NCBI RefSeq assembly: GCF_036971445.1
Contig: NC_091477.1
Location: 123,752,001-123,816,000, forward strand
Direction of reading: 5' to 3'
Length of the DNA: 64,000 bases
From: Narcine bancroftii
Taxonomy: Eukaryota
Both the position numbers and the translations under genes were made by a program. The notes beneath the pieces were generated by a model. That model was given only the letters and a program-made list of their open reading frames with translations, was not told where the DNA came from and ran no database searches. Below are positions 37,213 to 50,408 of the stretch, in pieces; position 1 is the first letter of the stretch; each line of letters starts with the position of its first letter.

Positions 37213-37530
37213 CAGGTACACGATCCTTTATCCGGAACCTTTGGGGGACAGTGTGTTCCGAATTTCGGAAAGCCCACCCAAATTGTGCTGCCTTATTCAC
37301 CCCCACCCCCTTCTAGTTGCCTGGCCATCTCCCCCAAGTGCCACTGCCTCCCCCAAGCATTGGTCCCTCAGCTGCCTCCCCCAAGCGCCGGTCCCTCGGC
37401 CGCTTTCCCCAAGCGCTGGTCCCTCGGCCGCCTCCCCCCCACAAAAAAAGCGCTAGCCGCCTCTCTCCCCACTTACCGGATTTTGGAACTTTCCAGATTT
37501 TAGAAGACTGGATAAAGGATCGTGTACCTG
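37213..37530. mobile_element. MITE (Tc1/mariner-pogo superfamily) inserted in a Rex1 fragment
   Basis: Perfect 21-bp TIR CAGGTACACGATCCTTTATCC flanked by TA on both sides; Rex1 peptide continues on either side. Confidence 0.9.
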
Positions 37531-38469
37531 TATAAGCCTCCCCCTTCCGCAGTAAATGTCATCAATAGAGTAAATGGACCCCAGTGATAATCCTCTATTG
37601 ATGCATTCACTAGAATGTCCATATGCCTTGGGAAAAAGACTATGACTAGTTATCTTATTGATGCCCTTCACAATCTTCTAACCTCTACAATGTCCCCACT
37701 TGGGCACCTACACTCCAGGAGAAAACTCTCAGCCAATAGAGTCTCTCCTTATAATTCTTGTGAATTCTTTCTTTACCTTTTCCAGGATAAAAATATCTTT
37801 CCTATAGCTGGGTTATCAGAACTGTGTACAATACTCCAATATTTTGTGCAGATGTAACTTGACCAAGGATGATGGGGATCCTCTATAGCCCTCAATGACT
37901 TGATTGATGAAGGCAAACACCTTATTCACTGTCCTGTCTACCTGTGCCACCACTTTCATTGAACTATATACCTGTATCTGCAAGTCTTCATGTTCTTACC
38001 ATGCTCCATGTACATCCCAGCCTTGTTCAACGTAACAACATGTCTGAGTTAAATTCCATTTGCATTCCTTGGCCGTCATTCTTAATTCATCTAGATCTTG
38101 TGGTCAGAAGGCACCAAACCAGATCATGATTTAGATTCAGAGCACAGTGAAATCCAAGAAAAAAAAGGCTTATTCCTTGAATCTCTTGCTTTCCATACCT
38201 CCATAGTAAGGAATGTTAAAAACAGTGGGCATAGGTTTAAGGGGAAGATTTCAGGCGAAGGAACTTTAAAGATTTTAGATATGTCTTTTACACAAAAAGT
38301 GAGAGATATCTATATCTCGCTGCCAGAGGAAGAAGTGGAATCACCGACTTGATGAGGTTCGATCTAAGGTCTCAACCTGAATTGTCGACCATCCCTCTGC
38401 CTCCACAGATGATGCCTGACCCACTGAGTCCCTCCAACAGCTCGTGGTTTGTAAATGTACTAGTCTTCA

Positions 38470-39325
38470 TTGGACCACATGAAGTATTGTATTGAGTTCC
38501 AATCACCACTCTGCAGGAAGGATGTGGAAGCAAAGGAGAGAGTGCAGAAGAGATTCACCAGGATGTGGCCTGGAATGGCAGGTTATGCTTAAAAGTAGAG
38601 ATTGGCTGAAGGGTGACTTCAATGAGTATTAGATTTTCAGGGGATAAATAGGGTGAATGATCACCATCCTTTCCACGGGCATAGTTTTAAGATAAGTGGT
38701 AAAAATTTAAAAGAGACCATAGAGCCAATTCTTTCACACAGAGGGAGGTGGAGGATATGGAATAAACTGACAAAGGAAGTGTGGGCAGGGACAATACAGG
38801 AACACAAGCAATGGGAGCAAGAGGCAGCCATCTGTCCCTTCAAGCCTGTTCCACCATCCAATAAACACACAGCTGGTCTGACTATGGACTCAGCTCCACT
38901 TACCTGCCTGTTCCCCATCGCCTTTCATTCCCATATTCTTCAAAAATCTATCTGCCCGTCTCTTAAATATATTTAAAGAGGCAGCTTCTATTGCTTCCTT
39001 GGACAGAGAATTCCACAGTTTCACCACTTTGGGAGAAGCAGTTCCTCCTCATCTCGGTCTTAAGTCAACTCTCTGAAATTTTGAGGCTATGTCTCCTCAT
39101 TCAGCTGCCAGTGGAAACATCCTCCCTACTTCAATCGTAGCTACTTCTTTCATAATTTGATGTGTTTCATGTTCCACCCCTCCTCCCATCCTGCCAAACT
39201 CCAATAAATATCGACCCATTTAAAACACATTTAGACAGATATATGGATAGGAAAGGGTTAGTGGGATATGGGGCAAGCTCAAGGAAATGGATGAGCTCAG
39301 GTGGGCAATGATAGACATGGATGAA
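38470..39325 (+). mobile_element. CR1 3' fragment with a nested minus-strand CR1 3' end (~38797-39215)
   Basis: RKDVEAKERVQKRFTRM...WNKL; tttaaaacacatttagacagatatatgg resumes after the insert. Confidence 0.75.
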
Positions 39326-39364
39326 TCAGAATTTATTGTCATTATCTGATACATTATGAATATT

Positions 39365-40790
39365 CAGGTGCCTCAAGATGGATTGATTTTGTGATTAAAT
39401 CCATTTAGAGACTCTCATCTCAATACTGGGAGCACATTTGCTTTTTTTGCTCTCCAAACTCACTGATAATTTGGTAGTTAGATGTAGTTTGAGTATTTGG
39501 TTCAATTTAGGAAGCTTTTTGATTATATATTTTTATTAATTAGTCTAATTTTACGTAATTCCTTTTTTTTTTAACATGGTTCAAGACATTGGATATTCTC
39601 AATGGTTTAGTTTAGGTATTCAATCTTTCTTGGACCTATATATAGACCAAAACCTTGCTTATTTTGAGCAATTATCTGCCAAATTTAAATGACCTAATCA
39701 ACATTTTTTTCACTATTTACAGATTAGGAGTTTCTTAAACTCCTTAAGGTTGAGGCTTCCCCAACAATTAGATTTTAATCTTATCTGGGAAGTATATAAT
39801 TTTAGAACTAATCAGAAAGGACCACTTTCAGCCCTTTATGGACTACTATTAAGATTTAGCAATAGTTCTTTATTTAACATGAAGAAAGTTTGGGAACCCA
39901 ACTTTGCCGAAGATACATGGGAATCTATTTTGAAAAATGTACATTCGTCCTCTCTCTGTGCTCAACATTCCTTATTCTGGTGTAAAGTAGACTATAGGGC
40001 CTACTTCTCCAAAGTTCAATTAAATAAATTTTACCCCAATATATTCTTGAAATGTGGTAAGTGTACAACTCAGGAAGGTCCTTTATATCATATGTTCTGG
40101 TTATGTCCCTCCCTTTGTAACTCCAAACTCCAATAAATATCAGCCCATTTAAAACACATTTAGACAGATATTTATGGATAGGAAAGTGAAAAGTGGGAGT
40201 GCACTATAATTAATTCTTGATATCAATCTCTCTCTGAGCCCTTTTATTGCTATTTTTGGAACAAGTGGACCAATGGACTTAATTTTGGGTCCATCTCAAT
40301 CCCATGTGGTCACTTTTGCTTCCCTGATTGCTAGAGGCTCATTCTGCTGCAGTGGAAAGATGTCCCTCCCATGCATACACAATGGTTATTGGACTTGATG
40401 GCATCCCTTTTTCTGGACAAAAATCAAGTGATCAACTACTACAACGAGTATTACATTTTCTCTTTGGGATTCTTTTTTCAATTATTTTCAAAATTTTTGT
40501 TCTTTATTTTATTTTATTCTCCTTTTCTTCATTTCTTGAACAATTCATATTGAAATTAGTAGTTGATGCCTGGCTTTGATAGTAGTCGCTCAGATAATAG
40601 CTCGGGGTTAGAAATTACATCACTTATAGAATTATTTTTCCTTTTCCTTTATCAATAATGTGGATCATATGGATCTTGTTTACCATTGTTTACTCTCTGA
40701 AATTTTAATTTATGTTACCTGAACTTTATATTATATGTCTATGTATCTATTATATTTTTTTCTTAAAAACCAATAAAAAGATACAAAAAG
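39365..40790 (+). mobile_element. Fish-type L1, ORF2 3' part and 3' UTR
   Basis: WESILKNVHSSSLCAQH...KCGKCTTQEGPLYHMFWLCP (CCHC); aataaa and an A-rich end. Confidence 0.85.
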
Positions 40791-41450
40791 AAAGAATTTA
40801 TTGTCATGAAAAAGTCATGAAATTCATTGTTTTGTGGCAGCGTCACAAACCAAACATTCATAGATAAAACACCTTACAAAAATAAATAAAAATAGTGTAC
40901 AAAAAATCAAAGTGAGCCAGGGTCTTTGGTTCATTCAAGAATCTGATGGCAGCTGGAAAGAAGCTGTCCTTGTGCCACTGAATGCTCGTCTTTAGGCTCC
41001 TGTACCTTTTTCCTGATGGTAGCAGAGTGAAGAGGGCATGACCTGGGTGGTGGGGGTCCTTTAGGATAGAGGCTGCCCTTTTAAGACACCACCTCATGTA
41101 GATGTCCTTGATGGAGTGAAGTCTGGTGCCCGTGTTGTTGCAGGCCAAGTTAACAACCCTCTGGAGTGTATTCTTGGTCTGAGCATTGGCACCTCCGTAC
41201 CAGGCTGTGATGCAACCAGCCAGAATGCTCTCCATGGTCCACCTGTAGAGGTTTTTGAGACTCTTTTGGTGACATACCAAATCTCCTCAAAGTCCTCACA
41301 AAGTATAGCCACTGGCGAGCTTTCTTTGTGATTACATCGACATGGAGGCTCCAGGACAGATCCTTGGAGATATTGATACTCAGGAATTTGAAGTTCTGGA
41401 CCCTCTCCACTACTGAGACTCGATGAGGACTGGATCATATTCTCCTGTCT
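40790..41450 (-). mobile_element. Rex1/Babar-type LINE 3' part
   Basis: ERVQNFKFLSINISKDLSWSLH...ESILAGCITAWYG...DPHHPGHALFTLLPSGKRYRS. Confidence 0.9.
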
Positions 41451-41503
41451 TGATGGGCTAAAGGCCTGTTTCTGTACTGTGATATGCTTTTAAATGCTGA
41501 CTT

Positions 41504-41506
<3 letters not shown>

Positions 41507-41554
<48 letters not shown>
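41507..41554. repeat. (CT)n microsatellite
   Basis: Direct. Confidence 0.95.
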
Positions 41555-41558
<4 letters not shown>

Positions 41559-42749
41559 GTACTGTCTAATCTGCTGAGTAAATGCAGCATTCTAGTTCAA
41601 GGTTCTTGAACTGTCACGTACATAACTACACAACAGTGAGCTCATGATGGAACACACAGAGCTGCCACTAGTTTAGAGCCTCACATAAAGGAGAAAGAGA
41701 TGTCAAGGTCTGTCTCCTGCCCTCCTGTAACCTTAGTTTCCTAATATCCTGTCGGTTCCAGTGGTGAACCTGAGCTCAATGCATTGTCACCCCTCTCAAC
41801 CCCATGCTCCTACCCTGTTAACACTCAAGGCCTTTTAGGTCCCTTCTCTCCATTAGCATCCTCATGAATCCTAGTCTTGATACCTGGTTTCCACGAGCTG
41901 GTCTCCAGCAGCCCATAAGCCATCTAAAGCCTGCTTGGAGTCATTCAGCTGCCAAACTCCTCACTAGTTTTGTGTTTATATTTGAGATTTCCAGCATCTG
42001 CATTTGTTTACTTTTCATTGACAAATTTTGTCTGGTCCCACAGAAGTATCACCACCCTGACACATGCCCCTCTGAGTCACTTTGTGGTTTTGAGGAACTC
42101 TCCAATCTAGAGACGTAGGCACCCTGTCATGGTTGGCAGTCTTGGTGTACTGCTGAAGGAGATTCACGCCAAGTCTCTTCTCTGTCTCCTGAAGGAAAGG
42201 AGAAGCCAGGGTTCTGAACAGCATCTGGTGGGTCATTGGTCACCTTATGGAATCTTATCCAAGATTTAAAAGTGTTATACTTCCTACGTTTGAAGTGTTC
42301 TGAGCCACAAAAGCACAAAAAAATGCAAATGCTGAGCAAAGAATGAGATTCTGGAGGGACTCAGCGAGACAGGCAGCAGAAATACAGTTAATGTTTGATA
42401 TCAAGACCATCCGTGAGTCTGAAGTGAGAGGGGGTGGTAATTATGGACGTGAAGAGGAAAGGACCTGGGAAATAATATTGTTTAGTTGGATCAAATACAA
42501 CTCTGACAGAAATGGTTTGTTTCATAGAATTACAAAGACTGTACAGCATCAAGACAGGCAGTTCAACCTAGTTCAATTTCAAGTGTATATTGAGGTACAG
42601 TTGAAGGTTTGTTTTGCAGGGTATCTAGCAAAATACTAACCAGACTCAACTCAGTAAATCCCACACAGTACAGTGAAAGATCAGTTTAGAAACATCAGTG
42701 TTGCCTTTAATCCAACTTCAACTCATCACGGATCAGTTTTACTTTAGAC

Positions 42750-43065
42750 TGTTATGGGTTATATTAGTATAGTTGTGAATAAATATATCTTTAAAAGAGT
42801 TAGATTGTGGGGGTTTAGGGTAGGTCACCACAACACTTCACAAAAGACATCTCATTTAAAATGCAAAATCTTTGCTGAAGCTCGATGTTGAGGCTCCGGT
42901 TGGCTTTGCAGAAGCAATGAAAATGCTGCTCTATTGTTTTTGGGCAATATAAAGTCCAGGCTCAGAAGTACTGATGAGATCTTTCAAAGATTGGGTTTGG
43001 AGCCTTGGGAGAGGTTTTTAGTTTTTACAAGCAGAGTGAGGAAAAATAACAATCAGGATTCTTCT

Positions 43066-43105
<40 letters not shown>

Positions 43106-43759
43106 TGGGTTCTGCAGTGGTTTTTTGGAAAGTGGCAAGCTGGCAGCTTGTTGAAAACCCCATTTTGAAGAGACAGTTTGTGAGTTCTGAGTTCAGCCTG
43201 TTTAAAACCCTGTAGTCCTTATGAGAGGAAATGACTGGCTAGTATGTTTTTCCTGAAATAAGTGAAACAAGGAACTCTGTGGTGTCCTGGAATAAGAAGT
43301 TATCATTTGGAAAACCCACGATGGGGCAAGTTTTTTCGGCAAGACACTGAAGTGACTGATTGGAGGAAATCAGATTGTGTGTCCAACGAGCAATAAATCT
43401 CTCTCTGAAACCAACAAGAACCTTTCTGAGTGGTAACCATTTAACTTCAAATGCCAGAGTCTGGTGAAGATTCATAAATGTTAAATTCTGTTCACAGTAT
43501 GAGAATTGCCTGATACTGGTGAACTTGGAGAAGTGAAAAGTGAACGATTTGACTGTGAATCAGAGAACTTTCCTGAACATATACACATTACATACACGTG
43601 CTCTTAGAATGAGAAGGGGATTAAGTTAATAGTAATAAGTTAAAGTTTGATCCTGTTTTTATGTTTAAAGAAAATTAAAAGCAACTTTTGTTTAAGTAAC
43701 CATTTGTCTTGGTGAATTTCTATTGCTGCTGGGTTTTGGGGTCCTCTGGGCTCATAACA
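42750..43759 (+). mobile_element. Solo LTR (Gypsy-like), 1010 bp
   Basis: Ends TGTTATG...CATAACA; perfect 4-bp TSD AGAC at 42746-42749 and 43760-43763; internal (AG)n. Orientation tentative. Confidence 0.88.
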
Positions 43760-44479
43760 AGACACCTCCTGCATCTTCATCCCTGGGTGAAGATGTTCCT
43801 CCTGAACTTCTCCTCTGTGTCTCCAATACACGAGACACTTCATCTTTCCTCAAGTATGGGTACTCTGGCAGCTGCCCATGTATTCAAGCCTTCAGTTCTC
43901 AATCAATCAATGATGCTTCATAGAAACACCCAGATGATGCACCAGCTACATAATACATTCACATAATGACACACAGGATCAAACGTAGACCTCAATAAGC
44001 AATACTAATCCAGTCAGTCAGCCTGCCTTATCTTGCTCCCACCCTTTTCCTCCTCTTCTCATTCCTTTATCTCCACTTTAATTCCCCGCTTCATCCCATT
44101 ACCCCCCTCCTTCTATTTCTCATCCCCTCCATTTATTCCATCTCATACCACTCTTCCTCTGCTTTCTCTGTTCCCTTCCTCCCCTCTATCACAGGAGAGC
44201 ATGGAACAGGTCTTTTGGCCTTCAGCAAAGACATTAGCACATTCTCTTTCATATTTTCTCCGCTCCTGGAACTTCTCCCTGAACTAGTCGGGGCTCGTTG
44301 GCCTCCAACCCTGAAAAATCTTGGTGCAGATGGAACTGATTGTTTCAAGAGCCAACTTCCCCTTGATTCTCAGGATAATATATGAGGATGTTGTTCAGAG
44401 GGGCCAAGGCGTGCAATAAAAATGATTCGGAGTGAATCGTAAGGAGCCATCAGAAATTGGGTCTGTGGGCTCCCTCTCC

Positions 44480-45110
44480 TTTCTTTTTCAATCTTTTCAT
44501 TGATATTTCGTAATAAACACAGCATAAGGAGAATAGAAATAGCACAATTAAAATTGGATGTCCAAGTCTACATCATATAAGGATCATATAAATTCCAAAG
44601 AGTGAAAATGTGACATATTAGAAATAATTCTCCTAACAAAAGAAAAGAGATAAAGAAATAATTATAATATTATTTATTAAAAACCCAACTAATCTACTAA
44701 GAAAGCAACTGAGCGGCCTATCCCAAGGATCTGTTGAATAGTTTAAAACATAGCTCCAGTCCACACCTACATATAACAAAAAATGGCAAGAATTATATTG
44801 CATCTAGAAAGCAAGAGTTAATTCATAGAATAACCCAGTTATAACCCATGAAAGTCATCAATAAATCGTTTCCATGTTTCTGCAAAGTTGAATCTAAAGT
44901 AGGATTTCCGATGTTTTTCTACATAACATGAGAAAGACATTGAAATAATGTAGCGGAATCAGTCTTCCCATTTAAGTAAAGTGGCGCCCCTAGCTAATCG
45001 TAGCAAAAACTATAACTCGATCTGCAGAAATCAGTAAACAACCTCCATCTGTAATTCCAAAAAGGTTGTAATCGAATAACCAACATAATTGCCAGAGTTT
45101 TAATAATATC
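44480..45110 (-). mobile_element. Probable L1 3' end
   Basis: T-rich tail at the left edge; YNLFGI and W-rich C-terminal remnants on minus. Confidence 0.55.
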
Positions 45111-45821
45111 TTTATGACCAAAACATACGTCAATGAAGCCACCTCAATATTGCACATCTCAATGACAGGAAAGAATCTGCTCATCTGTTGTACATGATGC
45201 AAGTATAGCCCATCCCCTGCACCTCCACCCTGGTGGTAACCAGAGCAGTCTTCCGGTTCACATGGGGATCCAAAATGGAAAGGGTCCGAAGGGTTGCCAT
45301 GTACAAGTCACCAGACAACAGGGGCAAGGTTAGACACAATATTGCCTCATCCTGATGACCAACTTTGTGTGTGGTTGCATCAGGCATGGAAATAAAGTAC
45401 AAAGGCACCAAGTGCTGCCAGGTGCTGAGGTTCTATCTGTCCTAGGTGTTGCGAAGGATGGGCCTGGCCCTATTGCCTTGCAATATTCCAATCAGCTGGA
45501 CTTTGCCACACCATCTATCCTTCCAACATCTGTCCAACATTTTGACCACAAGTCCATTAGGCATAGAACATCCTGCAGACACTGAGAGATGAGACCTCAA
45601 TGGACGTGGCGGGGTGATTCACTGAGCAGACTGATCAGGTCATCTGGCAGATGCTTACTAATAAACATCAGGATTTGGCCTGGTTGGTGGTGAGAGGAGC
45701 TTTCCTGTACAACTGGAACATCACCAACCACACAATTTGTCCCCAAGATGAGTGTGGTGGAGTGAAGACAGGCACTCACCTCTGCTGAATGCAGATTCAC
45801 TAAGAGGGCTTGGAGAAGGAA

Positions 45822-46865
45822 TCGGAATCAGAATTTATTATCAAGTCACAAAATTTGTTGTTTTGCAGCAGCGTCACAGAGCAAACATTTCTATAAAAAC
45901 CACCTTACAAAAATAAATAAAAATAGTGCACAAAACGTCACCAGCCAGGCCGTGTTTTTGCTTCATTGATCATTCAGGAATCTGATGGTGGAGGGGATGA
46001 AGCCGACCTTGTGCCACTGAGAGCTCATCTTTAGGCTCCTGTACCTTTTTCCCGATGGTAGCAGAGTGAAGAGGGCATGGCCTGGGTGGTGGGGGTCCTT
46101 AAGGATAGAGGCTGTTTTGTTAGGACACCACCTCATGTAGATGTCGATGGAGTGGAATCTGGTGCCTGTGCTGTTGTAGGCCGAGTTCACAACCCTCTGG
46201 GAGTTCTTCTTTATCCTGACCATTGGCATCTACATACCAGACACTGAAGCCACCAGCCAGAATGCTCTCCACAGTACACCTGAAGAAGTTTCTTGGGTGA
46301 CATAGACCAAGACTATCAATCACCTCACAAAGTAGTGCCACTGGTGAGCCTTCTTCATGATTGCATCAACATGGAAGCTCTAGGACAGATCCTTGCAGGT
46401 GTTAACACGCAGGAATTTTAAGTTCTGGACCCTGTCCACTACTGAGCCCTTGATGAGGACTGGGCCATGTTCCCCTGTCTTCCTCGTGAAGTCCACAATC
46501 ATCTCCTTGGTTTTGTTAACGTTGTGGCCGTAAAACTACTCAATGGGCTGATCTATCTCCCTTCTGTACGCTTCCTCTTTCCCATTTGTGATTCTACCAA
46601 TAACTGTGGTGTCATCAGCAAATTTGTAGATAGCATTGGAATTGTGCCTGACTGCACAGTCACGGGTGTGTAATGACTGTGGTCTTCCGATGAGGAAGTC
46701 AAGGATCCAGTTGCAGAGTGGGGTTCAGTGGCCCAGGGTTTGGAGCTTCTTCACCAGAACTGAGGAAATAATGGTGTTGAAGGCTGAGCTCTAGTCGATG
46801 GAGAACAGCCATATCTACGAGTTGCTGTTTTCTCTGTGATCCAGAGCTGAGTGCAGAGCCAGTCA
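45822..46865 (-). mobile_element. Rex1/Babar-type LINE, RT to 3' end
   Basis: KFADDTTVIG, CTVESILAG, DPHHPGHALFTLLPSG; tail aataaattctgattccgatt. Confidence 0.9.
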
Positions 46866-47224
46866 TGATTCACCCCAGCAACAACATGGCAGAGGACTCC
46901 CTGATCTACAGGCTGTTCCCAGAGACACACAGTCAGACATCCAGAACTGCTGAAAGATGCATTTTGGTCAGCCCAAAACCTGTTGGTCTTTCAGCACTCG
47001 GAGATGTTGGGGAGGGAACACTGCTGACGGGCACATTCCAGGCTGCAGGAGGATGTGCTGAAAGATGTACTGAGGCTTGGTGCAACCATAGAGAGCGCTG
47101 TGGGGAAGGACCACAGTCTATATTACCGGGCACTGAGGGGCTGGCACTGAGGGGAAGGTCCTCAAACAACAGAGTGGGGATTAAAGACAAGGAGCCACAG
47201 TGGTGACAATGGTCTCTTGAGAGT

Positions 47225-47680
47225 GTCACAGTGTGGTATGGTTGCTGCAGAGAAATGGATCAGAGGTCAATTCACAGAGGATCTCTGGAGCCTCCCTCCC
47301 CCCTATTGACATGATCTACTGGGATCGTGATCTGAGGACGGCAAGCAAAATCCACCCTGCCCACAGCATCTTTCAGCTGCCTCCATTGGGAAAGAGATCT
47401 AGGAGGATCAGAGCCAGCACCACCAGGCTGAGGAACAGTTTCTTCCCACGGGCAGTGAGAATGCCGAGTAACCAGAAGAAATGTTCACACTGACCCTCCG
47501 AAATGCACATATTTACGAATAAATATCTCTTTATTTATTTGCATATATGAATACTTGTCCTGCATATGTGTGGTTTGCCTGTGTGTGTGTTATATCTGGT
47601 TGTGTGTCCACGTGTTCTGCACCAAGGACCGGAGAACACGGTTTCATTGCGTTGCACTGGTTTGCAGTCGAACGACGCAG
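47225..47680 (+). mobile_element. Rex1/Babar-type LINE 3' fragment abutting the promoter
   Basis: HPAHSIFQLPPLGKRSRRIRASTTRLRNSFFPRAVR. Confidence 0.85.
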
Positions 47681-48189
47681 GTGATGGGATTGTCGCACCT
47701 GACACTGGACGGGAAGGGACTTTGAACAGATTCTGCCGTTTGTTAATGATTTATTGAGAATAAAGACTATCTGTCAATCAGCAGATGACCACACCTAGCA
47801 GACCACTCAATCTGGGAGATCCCGCCCCGATTGACGTCACAGGGCAGGACCCGCCTTTGGGAGGACTGGCTCCGCCCCTGGGAGGACTGGCCCCGCCCCT
47901 GGTTAATGAGTTCTCAGAATTCGGATTCAATGTATCAATTTCAGCTGCAACGTCATTGCCGGGTCGTACCACGTGATGGTCCAGCCCAAGCAGCGGGATG
48001 CCCGGGGGGTTGATCCAGCAGCCAGTGACACCAGGACAAGCGCTGCTCCCCCGGACTCGGGACCACCGGCCAGACCACCGCTGTATACATTCTGGCTGTC
48101 CCCAACGCAGCTGTCACGGAGCCCGCAGCCCGGCACAGCCACTGTCCCATCTGCATCCTGGAGCCTCCACCCCTCGGCCTGCCGCGATG

Positions 48190-48267
48190 GTTCGGCCCTT
48201 CGCTCAAATTCGCGGAATTGTCGAGAGGCGGTTCTGAGAAGCGGCGGTTCCTGGAAGGAGCGGCCAG
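48190..48267 (+). other. BCL6: 3' part of BCL6 non-coding exon 1 (TSS not determined)
   Basis: gctcaaattcgcggaattg...gttctgagaag...gttcctggaaggagcggccag|gtgacc parallels the recalled end of human exon 1; it lies in the CpG island. Confidence 0.75.
48209..48256 (+). promoter_or_regulatory. Three TTC-N3-GAA (STAT/BCL6) sites
   Basis: TTCGCGGAA 48209-48217, TTCTGAGAA 48232-48240, TTCCTGGAA 48248-48256. Confidence 0.8.
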
Positions 48268-50408
48268 GTGACCAGGAGGGGGCCGGGACGGGGACGGGAG
48301 GGGGTCGGGGCAAGACGAGGGAGTCGGGACGGGACGGAGCAGGACGAGGGAGTCGGGACCGAGCAGGACGAGGGAGTCGGGATGGAGGGAGAACTAGAAG
48401 GAGTCGGGGCAATACCGAGCGGGTCGAGGAGGGGGGACAGGGAGGGCGACGGGACCGGGAGGTGACCGGGACCGAGGGCATGGAGGAGAGGGCCGGTACA
48501 GAGTGATCGGGACTGGGGGAATAAACCGGGCCGGGGGAAGGGGGCAGGTGATGGGGTCGGGAGCCGGTGGACTGGCAGAAGGACCGGGACGCGGAGAGCT
48601 GGAATTGGGGGCGGCAGCAGGGGGAGGTCGGGGCGGAGGGGGGAACGGCGGAGCGAGAGGGACAGGGACTCGGCGGAGGAGGACGGGCGGGTCCGGGGTG
48701 ACAGCGTTACTGACCGGGCAGAGGCTGACAAGGGCACGGGGGGTGGGGGGGGAAGAGGCCGATGTGGATCGACGGTCCCTCGGGCTCCTCTTTCCGACTT
48801 ACCGGGTCAGAGGCCGAGTTCCGGCTGCTTCCCGGGACGTGGAGTCGGCAGCTCAGCGCAGGCTGGTGCTGGGGAAGAGGCCTGTGATTCCCCGGGGCCG
48901 ATGTCTGGGGCTTCCGTTCAAAGCCAGGAGCTGGTGCGGCCGCCGCGGGACGGGCTTCAGGCCGCTGCCGGAGTCCGGGACCAGCGGACGAGCTCCGGCG
49001 GGGAATGTCTGCCCTCTTGTGGTCGCCGCTCCGTCCCCGCGCCCTTCGGCCCGTCATGTCCCTGTCTGCGCCGGGCTCTGCCGCCGGCCGCGGCCGTTCG
49101 GAAATTTCTGCGGTGGCTGCTCGGCCGTGGCGGCGCGACCAGGAACCGGTCGGACGTGGGCTGGCGGCGGCAGCTGGGGAACCCTGAAGCCGGTTGACGT
49201 CCCCACTCTGGTCTGTTCAAGGCCCGGTCTGGGTCCCTCCTGCTGCTGAAGTCCCCCCCGACCCCTGGGCTGGACGTAACGACCAGGCGACTCAGCTCCT
49301 CGACATTCCCCGTATTTGTGGGATTCATTTTTTTAAAATCACAAACACATTTAATGTTCCGTTCTTTGCAAAAATTCGAAGCCCACCTCTCCTTCTCGAA
49401 TTGGGCTGGTCCCCGCAGGTCCGATCCCACAGTCTCTTCACTGCCCCTCTCCAATGAGCCTGAATCCAGCCACCGTGGCTGGTTTCAACCCCTCTCGCTC
49501 CGGATCTTGCAGATTCCTCTCGATCCACAGAGTTCGAGCCCTTCGTCCTGGAAACATTATAACGAGTCTCTTCCACCCGTTCGGAATTAAAGTGGGCAAA
49601 ACACGAGCTGCTTTCCAACTTCGGCCCGGGATATTGTAGGGATTTGTCCTTCACTTTCCATCATTCCCTCTCTTCAACGTTGCCTTTTAAAACCCAAATG
49701 CAACTTCCCATCGATCCTCGACAGGTCCATTTGGGGAGGTTCTGCACGTTTTAATGTTGGGGAAGACCCTGCGCATCCTCCTCGGCCACTGGAATGTGGC
49801 ACTTTATCCGATGTCTTTCAGAAATCCCTTTCTGCCACATTCGCAGTGCAGGAGGCCATTCGACCCGTTGCTTCCGTGATGTTTCTGCAAGCTGCCTTTT
49901 AAACTGCAGGTGATTCTGTTCCCCGAGTAGAAGGTGCCCGACGACCACTTGCTGCATTGGATTAAAATCCTTGCTCTGCACATTTCTACCGATCCATTAA
50001 GTTTGTTGGCCAGTTCCTGGCGCGACGCGGGTTAGTTCCCCATCGGGCGGCTCCTGCCTGGTGTGAAGCCCCGTCATCCGGCGATGACTGGACGGAGGTT
50101 ATGGGCCAAGTTCCCGGCCGCCGGCGTCTGGGTGGCCGGGTCACGGCCGCTCCCTTCACGCCCAACGAGCAATTGGGGCTGGGGATGGAGGACAAGCGGC
50201 CCCCGCCCGGGTGGTGGATGAACTCGCTCTCCCTTCTGGCGCCGACCCGTTCATTCCTCGGCGCTGCCACCCACGTGGAGCGCGCTCCTGGCGTCTCATC
50301 GGCCCATCAGAAAGGGTTTTCACTTGTCCCCGAGTCCAGGTTCGATTCAGACCCGGACCCTGGTTTCGGTCCCTGGATCCAACTTGTAACGTATTCCTGT
50401 CCCGAGGT

